64,000 bases of DNA from Octopus sinensis (GCF_006345805.1 NC_042997.1:77314001-77378000); one strand, 5' to 3'; shown: positions 47,530 to 60,770, counted from the first letter of the stretch. The notes: generated by a model from the sequence alone, not told the origin. Program-made: numbers and translations.

Positions 47530-47535
47530 AATAAA
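47530..47535 (+). promoter_or_regulatory. Candidate NUP188 polyadenylation signal
   Basis: AATAAA 75 nt after the stop codon; not verified by transcript data. Confidence 0.45.
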
Positions 47536-47879
47536 TTAACCATTTTAATAACTTTTTAAAGTTTCATTTTTTAAAATTAATCATCATAATCCTGCACTTA
47601 ACCAAAGTACAGAGTAACTAGACATAACCTAAGGGAATTTTGTATTTATGAATTTATAACAGCCATATTAATTCACCTGTCAGTTGCTCTAAAAAATCTA
47701 AGTTAAGTAAGAAATTGTTTAAAAGTTACTTATCTGAGAAATTCAATTCAATCTTAATTTAAATGGTCCCTACTGTTGATAGCAATGACACTGAAGACTG
47801 AAAAGGCCAATCCTCACACTAAACAAAATAAAAATGACAAGGAAGAGTTAATGGAGAGTATAGTAATTATTGCTGTATT

Positions 47880-48960
47880 TTACATTCCTAATGTTTTTCT
47901 TCTTACTTCAGTAGTAATAAGACTGACACCAGATGGAACGGCTCTGGACTTTAATTTCCCATGTCATTTTGAGAGCTGACTTTAGCTGATCTTTGTAACA
48001 GCAGAAAAGATATCATTGTGGTCTTTTGACAGTGGTTAATTCACTGAAGCAAATCTAAGGAAGAAATCTTACTCTTTTTATTGTCACCACATAGCCTGAT
48101 CATTGGTGTTTCATGATAGTGGTTTCTATGCTTTGACTGTTGGCTTTTTCTAAGACAACATTGTTCGCTATGTAGTCTGCTATCTGATGTTTAAAATGTC
48201 ACAAAGCTACTGTTAGTGGAAATGTTCCAGACTTTTGATGTTCTGACGATAATATGTCCATGTTTCACAATTGAATGATAATGTTGAGATAAACTGTTTT
48301 ATGAGGATGAGGATAAGATCTTTGTTCTTAAAGACTCATTTTAACAGTTTTCCACACACTGAATAGACTGATCCAAATCTGTGTTCACATCCTTTTCAGA
48401 AATACATTTACCGGAAAAAGACTTCTAAGATATTTCAGTGATAGTGATGTTGAAATCAGGGAGATTGGTCTTCTTGACATTTACTGATGTCAAAGCATAT
48501 ATGCATGGGTGAAGTTGTTGACTGATTTCTGGAGTTCTTGATGTATGGGACAAAGAGCAAAGTCAACAAGATCTAAATCTAGCTATGTTAAATAGTCTAC
48601 CATCAAAATAATACCTATATTAACATTTGAATTGTCTACTGGAAATTTGGGATTCAGGAAGACCCTTCTCTACAATGAAGAGCAGTGTTATTCCAGGATA
48701 ATTCCCATAAGATTTTCAGTCTCTTTTCTTGAAGATGTTTATAATGGTTGCAGTTTTAAATTCATTTGAAACTAAGCAAGCTTCCCATATTTTCAGGATC
48801 AGAATGAAAAACCTGGTTTTGAGAGGTAATCCATGTTTCAGTCATTCAGAAAGGTTGTCATTTGGATTTGAGTGGGTTGGGCTTTCATACAATTCATGGC
48901 AGTTTCAAATACTTGAAATGATGGTTGTATTTCATCCATAATTGTTCAGGATGATGTGGA
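47880..48960 (-). mobile_element. Highly decayed RTE (BovB-like) LINE
   Basis: Minus-strand remnants KTATIINIFKK.D...GNYPGITLL, FDGRLFNIARF, QELQKSVNNF, VKKT. Confidence 0.7.
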
Positions 48961-48978
48961 ACATATTTCAAGAAATAA

Positions 48979-49545
48979 ATATTAGCAGCAGAGGCAGTAT
49001 TAATACCAAGAGCTAATATTTACCTCCACTTAAACATGGACGGTCTGTTAGAACAAACTGTACTGTGGTAATTACCTGTAAATTGCACTCTAGTTTATAT
49101 TACTAGTGGGGGGATAAATCCCTGCCACCTCCGGCATTGAGAGCACCAGATCATATGATCTCAACCTTCCTTGGTCTTATCAATGATGGATGCTTGACCG
49201 CTAGAGATGGCAGCAACTCATCTCCCCACCAGCAATACAGTGAGAGCTTGTTAAACATATATATTAGCAATAGAGTATTAATACTGAGAAGTAATATTTA
49301 TCCCTACTTAAATGTGAATGTTCTGTTAGAACAAACTATACTGCAGTAAATACCATGAGAGAAACTCTCATATTGGTGTTTGGTGCAAAAAGCACTCTTG
49401 TTTATATTGATAGTGGGACAATAAATCCCCACCATCTCCAGCACTGAGACCATCCAATCCCGTGATTTCAACATTCCTTAGTTTTATCAATGATGGACAC
49501 TCAACTGCTAGAGATAGAAACAACTCATATTCCCACAAGTAAGCA
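48979..49545. repeat. Two-copy ~282-bp diverged tandem duplication
   Basis: Shared blocks CTGTTAGAACAAACT.TACTG, ATAAATCCC, TTATCAATGATGGA, GCTAGAGAT, CAACTCAT; copy 2 has a ~40-bp insertion. Confidence 0.85.
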
Positions 49546-51854
49546 TTTTGCACCAACAGCCAATATGCAAGTTTCTTTCATTGCATTGTCTGTGTTTTTA
49601 CACAGACATCTGCAAAGTTTTGAAGCTCTATTGCATTCTGTTGCTACTAGTTCTGTATTTCTCCAGAGTTTAACATTGGAGTTTGAATCTTATGGAATTG
49701 ATTTAAAATGATAATCATAAATCAATAATAGAACAAGGAAAGTGAAAAGGCAGAAGACAATGTTTAGACAACATTGGTCTTTATTTAATCTGTACAAAAT
49801 GTCAATGTTAAATTTGATAAGATCGACACATGCCATTTCCAAAAGGAAAACTGTTATAAATAGTTCCAAACAAGAAAATAGTTGATACTACCAGTCATAT
49901 TGCTGTTAACAGAAGACTAGTTGCTGCTGGAATCATTAGGAATGAAAGATTTTATTTGAAACAAATGGTTTATAAACACAGCTTATTCAATACCTTGACA
50001 ATCACAGTTGGTGCTCAATAGAGAGTTCTCAGTAGAATACAATGTTTAAGAACCACCACCTTTCACCTCCTATATCAATATGACTTTGACATCTACCATC
50101 ACATTTCCTTTTTTCAATTCAAGATAGCATTGTCATATGTTACAAGAGATTTTTAAATGAACTTTATTCTCCCACCATTATACAAATTGGTATTTAAAGA
50201 CTGACATGAAAAATAAACTACACCTGAGAAATTAACATAAATTAAACTATGATTGATGCATTAACCAAACATAATTCAATTTTCCCCCACTATGAATAGT
50301 GCTGGTTAGTAACTGATTGCAAAATATGTTTTCATCTTTTTTTTGTGTGTGGGGATATGAGCAAAGACAAGGAAGAATGTGTTTCATTCATATTAACAAT
50401 ACATATCAGTTGTTTGTGCAGGAAGCAAGCATCTTAAAAGCTTCATTCATACAAAAATTGGTCCCTAGACAGAAAATGACATTATGCTGAAAGTTTAATA
50501 AAGTAAAATCGTTGCCCTTCATATAACATCAAAAAGAATAAAAGTTGAGAGGAAAACTGAGTGTAAAAAATGAGAAACTCACAACCATTTCTTTTTTCTT
50601 CCTTTCAAAGCAATAAGTTTTTTTTTTTATTTTTTTGTTTTTTTAGTTATGGATATATTGTTATTTACTAAAAGCCTCCTTCCGGAATAGAATTTTAAAA
50701 GGACACTTTTCAGATAGTTTGCTTGACTTTTACCCAGATATTATTTATGTTTGATGTTTCTAAGAAAAAATATTAATACTCTTCAGGATTGTTCAGGGCA
50801 AAATTTTCAGTTGCAATCTTGAATAAACCAATGTTTTCATTTCATTGTTCATCAGCTATGAACTCTTTTGTGGCTTGAATCTTTCTTAAATATTGGTAAC
50901 TATGAAAATATTTTTGTTGGGGTGTTTTTTTAATTTTTTTTTTAGTACAATAGATATAAAAGAAACTGAAACAAAAAGAAGGGTTTCAAGAACTGCAATG
51001 AAGTTATAATGGAGTCTGTGTTATAATAACTTTTTTTTTTTTAGCTGAGCATTCATAGAACACTAACAAGTCACCCACTGTCTCACTGATATAATGCTTA
51101 ATCTTTATAATGATAGCTATTTTTGTTAGGATGATTTGGAGGCAACATTTCAAGCAAAAATAAAATGATTAATAACAAAGCCTGTATTTCTTTGAATAAA
51201 ATCTCAAATACATCAAGTTTCCAAATGATGCCAAAATGATATTGTGACATGATCTCCCAATGCATTGAGAATACAATCAGAATGCTTTATAAAAGATCAA
51301 AGAGTTGAATTACTTTGGCTGAAACAAAAGAAAGAAAGGATTCACTTCTTTTAAGGTATGATCAATAGGATTTTAAATCACAATTGACTCCACCTTGAAA
51401 TCTCAAATCTACTAGCCTAATTTTAAGATAAATGTTACCTATAACTTTTGTTTGTGAGTGCTGTTGTAACCTATATAAAAATCTTAATTCTAACAGGTGA
51501 AAGTTGACCTAGTTTTGCAGAAAATAGCATATGAAGTAAAGAACAATTTGATCATATAGTGATAAATAACAGCTGCATACATTTAAAGCCAAATAAATTA
51601 AAACCTGCTGAAACAATCTTGATATGACAATCCCAACCAGCATTATCACTATGTTCTTCACCTGACCATACTGCTCCATGTGAGGGGTGGTAGTCATAGT
51701 CTATATCTGACAAAACACATTGGTCCTGGAAATAATAATTAAATATCATTGTTAAAAGATGTGTAGAATTTACAATTGATTTAGGTCCAGTTCTTTCCAT
51801 GGTTTATTTACAGTTTCCCCAGTTGTCCAACTCTTACTGAAGTCTTGATTGACT

Positions 51855-51972
51855 TCAGTCGTATTCGTGACTGCTCTCTCTCTGCTTAGCACCAGTGTTT
51901 GGCTCAGTCTCCTGAGTTTTTGATGACCGACTTACTTTCACTACATTGTCCAAAGCACTATTTTTAGTTAAC
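51855..51972 (-). CDS. GPR107: GPR107-type terminal coding exon
   Basis: ttctacag|G...TGA; LTKNSALDNVVKVSRSSKTQETEPNTGAKQRESSHEYD*; completes the phase-2 codon of the previous exon. Confidence 0.87.
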
Positions 51973-52639
51973 CTGTAGAAAATAAATCAAAATGGTACAA
52001 GTTAGATAAAAATGAATGAGTCTTGTGAGAATACAGCTTGTTCAATCTTAGTTTCAATAAATCCTCTCTAGGAAATAACAGTTGTGTCAACATCAAATGG
52101 CTACATGATGACTAGCTTATAGGAATATAATATAAGGAATAAGGAGTTATCAATGATTTTTTAGTTCTCAGCTTGAAACAACAATCATTTGCTACTTAAG
52201 TTGCAGGAACCTGATCAACTACTTGATCTTCAAAACAAAAAGAAATGGTGATGAAAACTACATCCTTTCCCAGTGACTAACAACAGAGCAAGGGCTCAGA
52301 CATAGCAATCTGAAGAAGCAACATTTGGAAGACATAGGTTAAAAAAAATACTATACTAGACTCGGCAAAAAACAGGATGAGATAGTGACTTATCACGAAT
52401 AGTGAACAACTGGGATTTCCCTAGGATAACTATAAACAAGGGTCCTGCAAGATGGAAACTGGCATGGCAATAGATTAACACAAAAACCAGATCCATAAAT
52501 GCTAAGAAACATATCTGGAAAGAGTGTAAGACAAAGAAGGTATTATTACTGAGTAGCTAGAAAAGAAGCTAAGCAATAGGAATATAAGCATGGAGAGAAG
52601 TTGAAAATAAGAAATTTAATAATGTTCTGTGAGAGTGTC

Positions 52640-53685
52640 AGGTGTTCCAAAATGCAAAGCAAAATGTTTTGGGGGAAAATTGTATGCAGAATGATAGTGG
52701 TGCACTTTTCCCTTACTAATGCTAAGGAAAAAAGAGGCTTTGAAATGTTACTATAAAAGGTTACTGGATGAAAATAATGGAAGAGGGATTGCTTCATCAT
52801 CACCATACTGGCATGGGTTAAATGGTTCGACCAGAGAGTTGCACCAGGTTCCAGTCGTCTGTTTTAGTTTGGTTTTTACTGCTAGATATCCTTCCTAATG
52901 TCAACCACTTCACAGAGTGTATTGGGTATATTTTACGTGTCACCAGCACTGGCCCAAATTTCACTTCGCTTGATGTGTCTTTTCAGGCACAGCTAATTGC
53001 CAGAAGACTTGATCACTTGTCAGCACCTCCATAAGGTTCAACAACCAAAGATCATATTTCACCACCTTATCCCACATCTTCCTGGGCGTACCCCTACCAC
53101 ATTAGAGACTGTCACTTCTTTACACAGCTGTACTCATCCATTCACATCACACGACTAATACTAACATGTCTCCTCTCTTGCACACTACATCTGATGCCTC
53201 TTATACCCAATTTTTCCCTAAAAACATTTACACTCTGTCATACATTGACAGTGCTCATCCAGCAGAACATGCGTTGGCTACATTTCTTTCAAGCCTTCGC
53301 ATATCTTCTGCAGTCACAGCCCATGTTTAACTCTATGTCACATGGCTGTTTGTACACAAGTATCATACAATCTGCCCTTCAGGGAGAGACCGTTTGTTAC
53401 CAACAAAGATAGATGCTCTCTGAAGCTTGCCCAGCCCATTCTTATTCTAGCAGTTATATCCTTAGAGCAACCTCTTTCACTGTTGACTTGATCACCTAGG
53501 TAACAAAAGCTATCTACTACTTTTAAATATCCCCACCAGACATTTGAGGAAGTCTATTTTCTGTACATTCCTAGTGTTTATTGTACCTAAACATCTGCTA
53601 CACATAAAATCACTTTCTCTGTTAACCTTCCTCTGATACTGCTGCACCTTTTATGTGTCCATAGCTTGCACCAGATACACTTTAT
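52640..53685 (-). mobile_element. Decayed RTE LINE 3' portion (52795-53685, minus) preceded by a short plus-strand RTE fragment
   Basis: (CAT)n tail, CACCAGGTTCCAGTC core, IKCIWCKLWTHKRCSSIRGRLTEK PHD remnant; plus fragment GENC..NDSGALSLTNA. Confidence 0.75.
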
Positions 53686-54400
53686 GTTAAACCAGAGGGA
53701 CCAACTATTGAAATAGATAACTATACTGTTGAAAGCAAAATTAAGGATATGAAGGTAGGGAAAGTTGTTGGGATGCTAAAATGGAGAAAAAGAGCATGAA
53801 AAATTGGTGCAAAATTATATGAATTTGATGTATTCCTTTTTCTTTTCTTGGAAAAGATTTATGGTTTTATGATTATTGAGCTTAAAATACTCTTTGATTA
53901 GGAGAAGCAAAGAAAAGACAGCGTTAATAATGGGCCTGGGTGCAGGGGCTGCAAGCACATCTAAAATTTTTGTTGGATGCAAAATCAAATTTGCACCCCT
54001 ACCTACTTCTCTCAGGTTTAAAAAACAGTGTGTAAAAAGTGAACTGTAAAAAGTAGCTTGAAGTTAGGTTTCTTCTCAAAGAACAAAAATAATAAGACCT
54101 TGTTTATACAAAAATTTTGGACCTAGGTTTGCACCCCATAAGTAAATTTTATTCCCAAGCCAGTGACATTAATTACAATGGACAGTTAGATGTTAAGTGT
54201 ACCAAATATGGACAAGCCTCATTGAACAGAACTAAAACCATACAAAACACTCAAAAGCTCCTTTATTAAGTGCTTAATTTCAGTTTTGCATCTGAGAGAC
54301 AACCAACTAACAAATTTGATGAGCTATATATGTTCTGAAATGCTGTTACCGATATGTATGGGTTAAGTAAGAGTGCCTATACAGAAAGGTTATGTATGTT

Positions 54401-54764
54401 ACTCTTTTACTTGTTTCAGTCATTTGACTGTGGCCATGCTGGAGCACCGCCTTTAGTTGAGCAAATCGACCCTGGGACTTATTCTATCGGTCTCTTTTGC
54501 CGAACCCTAAGTGACAGGGACGTAAACACACCAGCATCACTTGTCAAGCAATGCTAGGGGAAAAAACACAGACACACAAACATACACACACATACATATA
54601 TATACGACAGGCTTCTTTCAGTTTCTGTCTACCAAATCCACTCACAAGGCATTGGTCGGCCCGAGGCTATAGTAGACACTTGCCCAAGATGCCACACAGT
54701 GGGACTGAACCCGGAACCATGTGGTCGGTAAGCAAGCTACTTACCACACAGCCACTCCTGTGCC
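54401..54764 (-). mobile_element. tRNA-derived SINE, full length
   Basis: Minus strand GGCACAGGAGTGGCTGTGTGGTAAG...GGTTCCGGGTTCAGTCCC (A/B boxes), tail ...GACTGAAACAAGTAAAAGAGT. Confidence 0.9.
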
Positions 54765-54968
54765 TGTTAGAATAATAAAATTTGAAAAAACTAAAATTCT
54801 TATTTCTTTTTCAGTAGATATATAATGTGATTATTGTAATTCACCATGCTGCCAAATTCATGATTATAATGATTTACTGACAAGCTTAGCATCTAATAGC
54901 TACTGACAATGTTGAGCAAAGCAATAACTATTACTCTAATATTCAGAAAGGAATGGACTTTAACTTAC

Positions 54969-55129
54969 ACTTCCTCCATTTCTATCTCTTCATCACTGTC
55001 TTGAGGAACTTGCAAGTAAGGATTATCAGAGGCTGGACGGAATTTATAGCCCGTCACTATGAAAAAGACGAACGTTGCCATTTCTTTAAACATAGGATCC
55101 AACCACTCATACTTAAATGGTACTGTAAT
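54969..55129 (-). CDS. GPR107: GPR107-type coding exon
   Basis: tacag|ATT...GT|gtaagt; ITVPFKYEWLDPMFKEMATFVFFIVTGYKFRPASDNPYLQVPQDSDEEIEMEE(V), with the conserved TGYKFRPASDNPYLQ motif. Confidence 0.95.
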
Positions 55130-55449
55130 CTGTAATTCAAAAAATATAAACAAGATATCAATATTGAAATAAGTTCTTCAAACAATTTAACAGAATCTAA
55201 TATCTTTTAGAGACTAGTCTGTTGACTAACAACAACCTCCATTGGATACTACACTTACACCTAAATACTACATACACACACACATACACCTAAATCTTAC
55301 TTAGTTAAGAAATAGGTTTCAGTTATTTTGAGACACAAATATATACTTCAATGAACACTGACCTATAAAATATGTTTAAAGTTTACAAAAATACAAATGA
55401 TTCAAACTCCATATTTACCCAACTCATGCATATAAAAAAATGAACTCAC

Positions 55450-55497
55450 CTTTAGTAAATAGACAATTATTCTAGTAAAATAAATATAGCAGACAAT
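55450..55497 (-). CDS. GPR107: GPR107-type coding exon
   Basis: ttcag|ATT...AAG|gtgagt; IVCYIYFTRIIVYLLK. Confidence 0.95.
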
Positions 55498-55639
55498 CTG
55501 AAATATTAGAAAATGTAATAACAATTTCAGTTTCATTTGTTCTACACTAGACAGAAAGAAACAAAAAGTATTATACGTAAAATATAGGATTAATTTGTTG
55601 CAATAAAGAAGACCTGTCTTGGATATTATCTGGAAAACA

Positions 55640-55780
55640 ACCATGCTTGATATGCAGAAAAGGAGGGAGCAGGAATTCTGATATGGTGAACCCAGTGCAA
55701 ACTGTAGATAAACATGAACTGTAGTGGGATCAGAGCCAAACTAATAGAGGCGGTCTTACTATGTAGCAAATGCACAGTTG
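55640..55780 (+). mobile_element. Isolated old RTE fragment covering the PHD-like insert
   Basis: PCLICRKG..RNS / TQCKL / NCSGIRAKL...LLCSKCT, with one frameshift and stops. Confidence 0.65.
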
Positions 55781-56109
55781 TAAACTCACAGTATTTCATT
55801 TGTTTTTATGTCAGTTTTACCATGCTAACATAGGATGGATGAATATATTATTAATGCAAAAGTGATAAGAAACAATTATTATTTAATAAAGGCAGAATTA
55901 AACCTCAAAATGACAAAAATATAGAATACAATATGGAATAAATCTGATGTTGGGCAAAACAATGACAATCCTGGTCATGTTTTAATCTTATCAGACCTCA
56001 CTAGCAAAGTCTATTCTGAGCATATTGCCAGACTTGAGAGTTACAGAAGTATATAGTGAATGAACAATAAGTGACATGATAACTTAAAAGGTGAGAAATT
56101 AATACTTAC

Positions 56110-56203
56110 CAAAATATAAAACTGTCTAAATAATTTTAACTTATTGAGAGATATAACAGCTTTGCCATCAGTCTGTGAAGCATCTTGTAAATGTCGTATT
56201 GAC
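56110..56203 (-). CDS. GPR107: GPR107-type coding exon
   Basis: ttgcag|G...TTG|gtaagt; SIRHLQDASQTDGKAVISLNKLKLFRQFYIL. Confidence 0.96.
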
Positions 56204-56286
56204 CTGCAAAACAAATAAAATTTGAAACCTTGACTTCTTTGTATGATTTACATGTCATTTTCCTCTTTCTTACAGCTTTCCATCTA

Positions 56287-57393
56287 TTGGGTCATCCCAT
56301 AAATAATGTGGTTTTTTTAAACTTCTTTTATTTTTCAAAATTAAGATAAAGTTCTTTTTAAATCTAAAATATACTCTCCCTATTTTCTACAATATTTTTC
56401 CATCTGGCACACTTGCAAGGCCCCTCTTCCAAAATTTATTTGTCTGTGATGAAAAATACTCCTCCAGTAGTGTTCTGACCTCGTCTACAAAATTCATATT
56501 TTTTCCGTCCAAATGATTTTGAAGACTACAAAATAAATGATAATCAGATGGGGCAATGTCCAGCGAATATGGTGGGTGGGGCATCATTTCCCATTCAAAC
56601 TGTTCCAGCCTTTGGAATGTCATCCTTGCTGTATGTAGCTAAGTATTATCCTGATGGAAGAATACCTTTCATCTTCAAACCAGATGGTCGTTTTCCTTCT
56701 AGTGCTGACTTAAGCTGCTCACAAAAGATCTTCTTTATTATCATTTAGTTTGGGTTTAAAAGTGGACTAAGCCTTTCATATCCTATCAAACAGATAACAC
56801 CTTATATGGGTGAAGACTTTCTTTAGCCTGGGGTGCCGGTGTTTCTCCTTTGCCAACCAACTGTCTTCAGCACTTGACATTTTTATAGAGAACCCATTTC
56901 TCGTCACCAGTCTCTACTCAGTCCAAAAAAGGTTCATTCGTGAGACGTTACAGCAAAAAAGAGCACACATTCACTCTCTGTGCAGAATTAGACTCGGAAA
57001 GTTTGTGAGGAACCTATTGACCCAATTTGCTGATTGGATTGGATGACCAAATCCAAGTTTCTCTGCTAGTTCCTCAACAGCTACTATGGGATTTTGTTCC
57101 ACCAGAGTTTGCAGGACATCCTCGTCGAGCTCTACAGATCTTCCAGGATGAGGCTGTAGTTTCTGGTCTGGAATTTCTGGAAGCACCATTGACACTGCAT
57201 TAATATTCTTCGCACTTCCCATTGCATTGCTACCTTTATTGAACTCATAAAGCAAAATATGCCAAATATGCTCCTTTGTCACTTCTATTGTAGCTTTGAA
57301 AAAATAACAATCAAATTGCACTCTTATCCCATACCCCTCCAACTTTTAGCTCATGCAATTGAAAAAAACAGCATTATTTATGGAATGACCCCA
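56287..57393 (-). mobile_element. Decayed mariner, second subfamily
   Basis: TIR T(G/T)GGGTCAT(T/C)CCATAAATAATG with TA TSD; KEHIWHILLYEF, PHPPYSLDIAPSDYHLF. Confidence 0.9.
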
Positions 57394-59313
57394 TATTATA
57401 ATAAGTTGTATTTGTTTTAATGAAGGGTGGAGTTTAAATGTAATTATATATTGTTCAATATAAAGCATAAATTGAATATGTGAATTTGATTAAAATTTAA
57501 TATTCTATATTGTATTTATGGAAATGAAATTTTTTTTCTCCCCATCATTTGTATTGTGAAACATATCATCATCATCATCGTTTAACGTCCACTTTCCATG
57601 CTAGCATGGGTTCAAATCTAATTAAAGTTGATTATTATGTATTTCTCCTATCACTTCAGGATAAAAGCATTGATATCCCTACATCTCATTGCTTATATCA
57701 AAGTCAAGTTTTTCAAAACTATGCATAAAACATGTACACAGGGAAAGCCTAAAATGGAAGAGTGAACAGTGATACTCTCACCCACCAAGCTGAACACATT
57801 CAGTAATATTTGAATATTTTTCATCAAGAAAGTTCATTCGAACTTGTAATGTTTAACAGGGAAAGAATGAAGCCAACATTTGTTGTACCCAAAGGCTTGT
57901 CTTCGGAAAAAGTGATGTCTCCATACTTTAATTCCTGATTCAGAATGAGGTCCCCTTTTCCCTTTCATTAAAATAAAATTTTATTTAAATATCATTCACA
58001 TTTTATGTTATATCTCATACATATCAGCCTAATATTAATTTAATTTTTTTTCATATATATGAGGTGAAAGTAGATGGAGAAAGAATGAATTCAAAAACCC
58101 TTTCTGTTACCACTCACCCCTATGGTTCCCCTCAACCTAATGTAGATACATATCCTATGTGTTTTCCTATCTTATTTTTCTCTCAATATTGATATTTTCT
58201 TCTTTTTTTTCTTTTATTATATATGAATTAGTTTTACTAATAAGTTATTCAGATATTGTCAAATTAGATATATGAACAAGTATTTTCATTTGTTAAAAAA
58301 GAGAAGAGCTTACTAGAAGATGAAGATTTGGCAATATCAGGGTTTAGTGGAGTGAATTTGAAAATGAACTTTTGCTGTTTACGATCATAAAATCAACCCT
58401 CTATTTTTGAAATATGCTTTACTGCTCAGTTTCAACCACATTGTAAAGTAAATTATCTCCCTTTGATTTCTAAAGTCAGCTGTTAATTTGAAAAGCTTTT
58501 TTTAAATTTTATTGCTTCATTTATCATTGATAATGATTTGATTTTATGATTGCATACACAGCATAAACGTTCTTTTGAATTCATTCTACTAAAGCTTAAT
58601 ATTACCATACATTTTTTCTACCTGTAGAGTTTGTGATGGAGATCACAGACACAAAAGCAGCAAGAATGGGAAATTGAAGGACATGTAAATGATACAAAAC
58701 AAATACTACATTAATAATAGAAAAATGTCAGACCTCATGCTGAAACAGGAATTTTAAGTATGAAAATGTTTTCTGAATAAACAAGTTGTGGTCGTTGGTT
58801 GAAGATGGAACCTGTCTACATGCTAGAATAATTCAACTGCAAAATAGATGCTGGTTTCATCCTCAATAAGCAAAATCTCATGTTTGAAAAAAACTTCTCA
58901 GGTGAAAATCATGTATTGAGCTAAGATTTATTATATATTTCAAATATGTTTTATTTTAAACAAGCAGCTACAAGGATTTCACAAACTCCCACATGTATGT
59001 CTCATACACGATTGTCAAATATTATTTCCAACACAAGCTACTTTCAAATGTTAATCAAAGTTTGTTTTCTGTTGAGAGTAGAAGTTTAATAATTTTAAAA
59101 TAATAGATATATTTGTAGGAGGAATGTAATAGATTCATGACCAAGGACCAAAACCTGAGTTTTGATGTACCTTCATCATCATAATCATCATTTAACATTT
59201 GTTGTCCATGTATTTGAGCATAAGTATCAAGACAGAATGAGTATCGCATTTATTTTTAAACTTAACTTCAAGTTTATATTTTGATAATCTCACCGTTGAA
59301 AATGATATTTGAA

Positions 59314-59405
59314 AATAATTTGTGTTTATTAATTTGATATATTTGATTTTTACATTCTAAATAATTTGCGTTTATTAATTTGATATATTTGATTTTTACA
59401 TTCTA
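59314..59405. repeat. 46-bp tandem duplication (one mismatch)
   Basis: AATAATTTG(T/C)GTTTATTAATTTGATATATTTGATTTTTACATTCTA, two copies. Confidence 0.9.
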
Positions 59406-59849
59406 AATTCATTTTTCGAAAACTTCATGTAAAAAATAAGAGAAATGCTATTGATATTTAAAATGTATGAATTTTTTTCTGAAAAATGTACACACGTACA
59501 CATTTTATATCTATTATATGTGTGTGTGTGTGTATCTATCTATCTATCTGTATGTATGTATATAATGTATAGTGGTTAAGAAAAAAGACCGATAGAATAA
59601 GTTCTGGGGTCGATTTGTGCGACTAAAGGCGGTAAAAATACATGTATATATTATATATATGTATGTATTAAATATATATATATGTATATATACATGTATA
59701 TTATATATATGTGTGTATGTATGTATATATATATACATACATACAAGCTTTTACTTGCATTTCAGTGGTACGTAAATAAACGGCGTAAATAAACGAAAGA
59801 CGACGTAAATACACGAAGTTGACGTCTGACGTCAGATTTCTCTACTTTC

Positions 59850-60358
59850 ACTTCTGACACCCAAAGGCATGACAGTGCCCAAAAAAATCACTAATAGTTA
59901 AGGACGCTCTCCAGTTGGTAGAAGCAGTAGACACTGCAAGAGCATTCGAAGCCACTACCCAACAAATGGCCTCACTTAGCTTACAAACAAGCTCACTAGG
60001 TAGCAGTGTAGATATTGTATCTAGGCACAGGACACATACCCGCAAACAAAGAACATGCCAGTACTGTGGTACAGAGCATGAATTTAATAACCGAAAAAAA
60101 TGTCCTGCATTCGGTACACACTGCAAAGCACGTGGAAAACTTAACCACTGGGAAAAAATGTGTAGGTTAACAAAATCCCAGAAATACAAGCCCCAATTTT
60201 CGAAGAGGAGCAGAAATAGAAGAGATATACATGTACAACAACAGGAACAAAACACCTCAGAGGAGGAATTCTTGGCAGCCGGCATAATAAATGTGCATGA
60301 GATGGGAAAGGACAACCGGAAGAAAGAAGATGAGGCATACACGACAATAAGAATTTAG
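59850..60358 (+). mobile_element. Ty3/Gypsy gag fragment
   Basis: L..A.DTARAFEA..QQMASL followed by CQYCG..H....CPAFG..C...GK.NH..MC, the double-knuckle pattern of metazoan Gypsy gag. No LTR or pol nearby. Confidence 0.8.
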
Positions 60359-60770
60359 GCTTGTTTCATTAAATAACTGTAACTTTTTTACTTATCAACA
60401 TTTAATGTGATATTTGGAACATAATGAAAGAAAGGGTTCTTAATCAATTCTATTGCATAACTTTTGTCTCAAAGTGACTTTAATTACAGGTAAATCCAGG
60501 TAAATTGAGCAAAAGGTAAAAAATTAAAATTTTGTTTAAACATCACTATAGAAAATGAATCATCAGCTAATATTCAAATGGGTATGCAACAAAATTTTGA
60601 TAAAGAAGAATTGTGCACATCACTAGATCATCAGTTGAATTTCATGCACAACAGGTGTACCATAAAGGTGGAATAAACTGAAATATTGGAATCCACCGTA
60701 AGTTTGAATGAACTAAAGAAATCAGTCAAAAAATAATATACGGTCCTGGTTATGGTATAGAAGTGATAAA

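Noticed and set aside
57650-58740. Possible nested small gene or extra GPR107 exons (hydrophobic stretch 58621-58720; two open frames at 57840-57965)
   Set aside because: The candidate exon has an in-frame stop or no Met, the downstream acceptor is weak, and the flanking GPR107 exons already join in frame (W split TG|G) as in orthologues.
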